From: Toensbergia leucococca
Taxonomy: Eukaryota
Direction: 5' to 3'
DNA length: 64,000 nucleotides
Assembly: GCA_022813965.1 (NCBI GenBank)
Contig: JALDZS010000028.1
Location: 1 to 64,000 of the forward strand
This document shows positions 62,171 through 64,000 of the stretch, piece after piece (position 1 is the stretch's first letter; each line of letters starts with the position of its first letter). Below the pieces are notes generated by a model, which saw only the letters and a list, made by a program, of their open reading frames with translations, had not been told where the DNA came from and made no database searches. The position numbers were made by a program, and so were the translations under genes.

Positions 62171-63059
62171 TCATGCCCCTATGTCCCTTCTTGTGCCGAA
62201 GTAGTCGAATGTGCTGGTAATTTCAGAGAAGTCTGTTGCTCTCGTAGCTCCTTCAACATTCGACCATCTAATAACATGACACAAAGCTTTAACAAGATCC
62301 TTTGCGAAAACTCCTCCTTTCATTGCTAGACCCAAAAGTTTCTCCATGGGTAAGTCCGGCGCGACTCGAATCCGCCGTACTAAAACCCTCGCAAAGTAGG
62401 TCCGAAAGCAAAGGTCTGACTCAGGGATGTTTCCATAGACATGGTAGGCAACGTCGATAAATTGAGCCGGAAATTTTTGAGCATACTCATGCTCTTTTAA
62501 TCTTGAGAGGACGTAATCCTGCAAGTCCTTTAGCTGATACTTCCCCCCGACTATGTACATGTTCCCAAGATGCTTGAGTGCACCAAAGCTATTGGGATCG
62601 AAGCCAACGCTCTCAGCACGATTGAAGGCACCAGTATAGAGCCAAGAAAGGAGGCAGCCAATTTCCGGAGCAGTATCCTCGGGCAAAACAATCACTCCAG
62701 TCTCGGCTTCCTTGAAATCAGAGGAACATAGACGAGCAAACACCGGACTTTGAGAAAGATAGGACTGATGAGCTGCAAAGTGGTGTCTCTCTGGGCCTCC
62801 GAAGAGAGTGAAGACAGGCGAATCAAAAGCCCTATAAGCGGTCAGCTTCCAAAATGTGCGTTTATGTGAGAAGCTCTCGAATTCGAGACGTCACATACAG
62901 GCCATTGCTGTCGATGATAGAAATCTCGTCTACATGTGGACGCTTGGCTGGAACAATGAGCGGTGGCAGCTGGATCGCTTTCGATGTTGGTAACGTATTT
63001 GTCGTGTTTGTAGGCGAAAACGTTGATGCTATAGAGTGGCTCGGCGGTGAGGCATCCAT
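62171..63059 (-). CDS. BTB/POZ-domain protein, paralog 2 (2 exons)
   Basis: PAKRP...SNGL | AFDSPVFTLFGGPERHHFAAHQSYLSQSPVF...FKEAETGVIVLPED...WLYTG...YIVGGKYQLKDL; same intron position as paralog 1. Confidence 0.85.
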
Positions 63060-64000
63060 GGAGTAAGAAGTGATTGTAAGCCGTCTTCCGCTTGACCGTA
63101 AGTGTAAGGCTTGTCACGCTGCCGATAGCCAGTAAATCAGAAGTGTATCTTTTTAGTAGTACGAGGAAACGGCCAAGAAGAAGTCAACGTGTGAAATGAA
63201 ATGGTAGGTAGGTAAGTCATTAGTGAGATCAAGGTGCTTCACTAGACTTAACGCAAGGTGACGGAAAAAGTGTCATTCTGTTGAGTATCGTAATAATTGC
63301 TTCGTTAAGCTTGATGGTCTGGTTCTCTTGCCGCTTTGCAAAATCACTACCAACTAATACTACGAACACGTTAACCAAGACTGGGATGTTTTTGCTGGCA
63401 AAAGTCTTCCTTGTACGAAATGAAATATGCTTACGATTGAAACATGTTTTCATTCAACAAGGAACAACGGTGCAGGTATCACATCGAAAATCCTCTCATT
63501 TCCCTCAATGTGATTACTCTCCTCAACAGCCACCTGGCCGTTTTGTCCCACCATATACACAAAAGCCCATACACACAACGGCAAGCTTCATCACTCTCGG
63601 TACTCTTCAATCGTTGTGTAGAAGCTACTCTACCAAGCGACCAATGATCCTCTATATTGTGTTAGCAGGAGGAAGAAGGATTACATTTACTCGACACATG
63701 ATACATACCTGAGACAGATTGGCACGCGATGCGGATAAATCAGGCCTGCTACCTTGCAATTTCCTTCGTTTCATTTGGTAACCGTCTACCACGTTGCCTA
63801 TCATCAATACTATAGTATCCACTGGTCTTTAGTCATAAACGTCTTCATCAGTTTCCAGTCACGACCTTCCGTTCAGTATTACTCTCACTTGACTAGTATC
63901 AGTCTCAACGGGTTCAATTACCGGTTGTTGAAAACTGTACTACACACTGAATCAGCGTAGTCACGTATGGTAAGATGGGCATCTTGGGGCGGGTATGAAC

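Noticed and set aside
1..64000. tRNA, rRNA, CRISPR arrays, intact transposons
   Set aside because: None recognised by eye in this eukaryotic sequence; a tRNAscan-SE/Rfam run would be needed to exclude small RNA genes.

Overview
Gene-dense chromosome segment of a filamentous ascomycete (Pezizomycotina; a lichen-forming lineage is plausible but only inferred) with short spliceosomal introns. Conserved housekeeping genes are: XRN1 (partial), SPC3, NPY1, SSL2/XPB, a DUF4748-like gene, a CID-domain gene, a CASTOR/ACT gene, WDR83/MORG1, septin CDC12, PWP2, PRP45, a GFA gene, an inositol 5-phosphatase, a CHY zinc finger, PRE6, DLD2, RTS1, YJU2 and CDC16. Between them lie accessory or decaying patches: a retroelement gag relic, an APH-like kinase with one internal stop and a questin-oxidase-like pseudogene (8.6-12.3 kb); an MFS gene and a sugar-porter relic (45-47.6 kb); tandem F-box-like paralogs and a secreted Ser/Thr repeat protein (49-56 kb); and tandem BTB genes (60-63 kb). 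The best leads are two unannotated minus-strand spliced transcripts with structured introns (4.6-4.9 kb, possibly a 25-aa micropeptide; 19.3-19.7 kb, possibly an intronic ncRNA), repeated abrupt C-to-G strand-skew switches inside genes, and an in-frame, synonymously diverged repeat just past a BTB gene's TGA. Gene models and family calls come from manual reading and recall of protein families; no database search was run.
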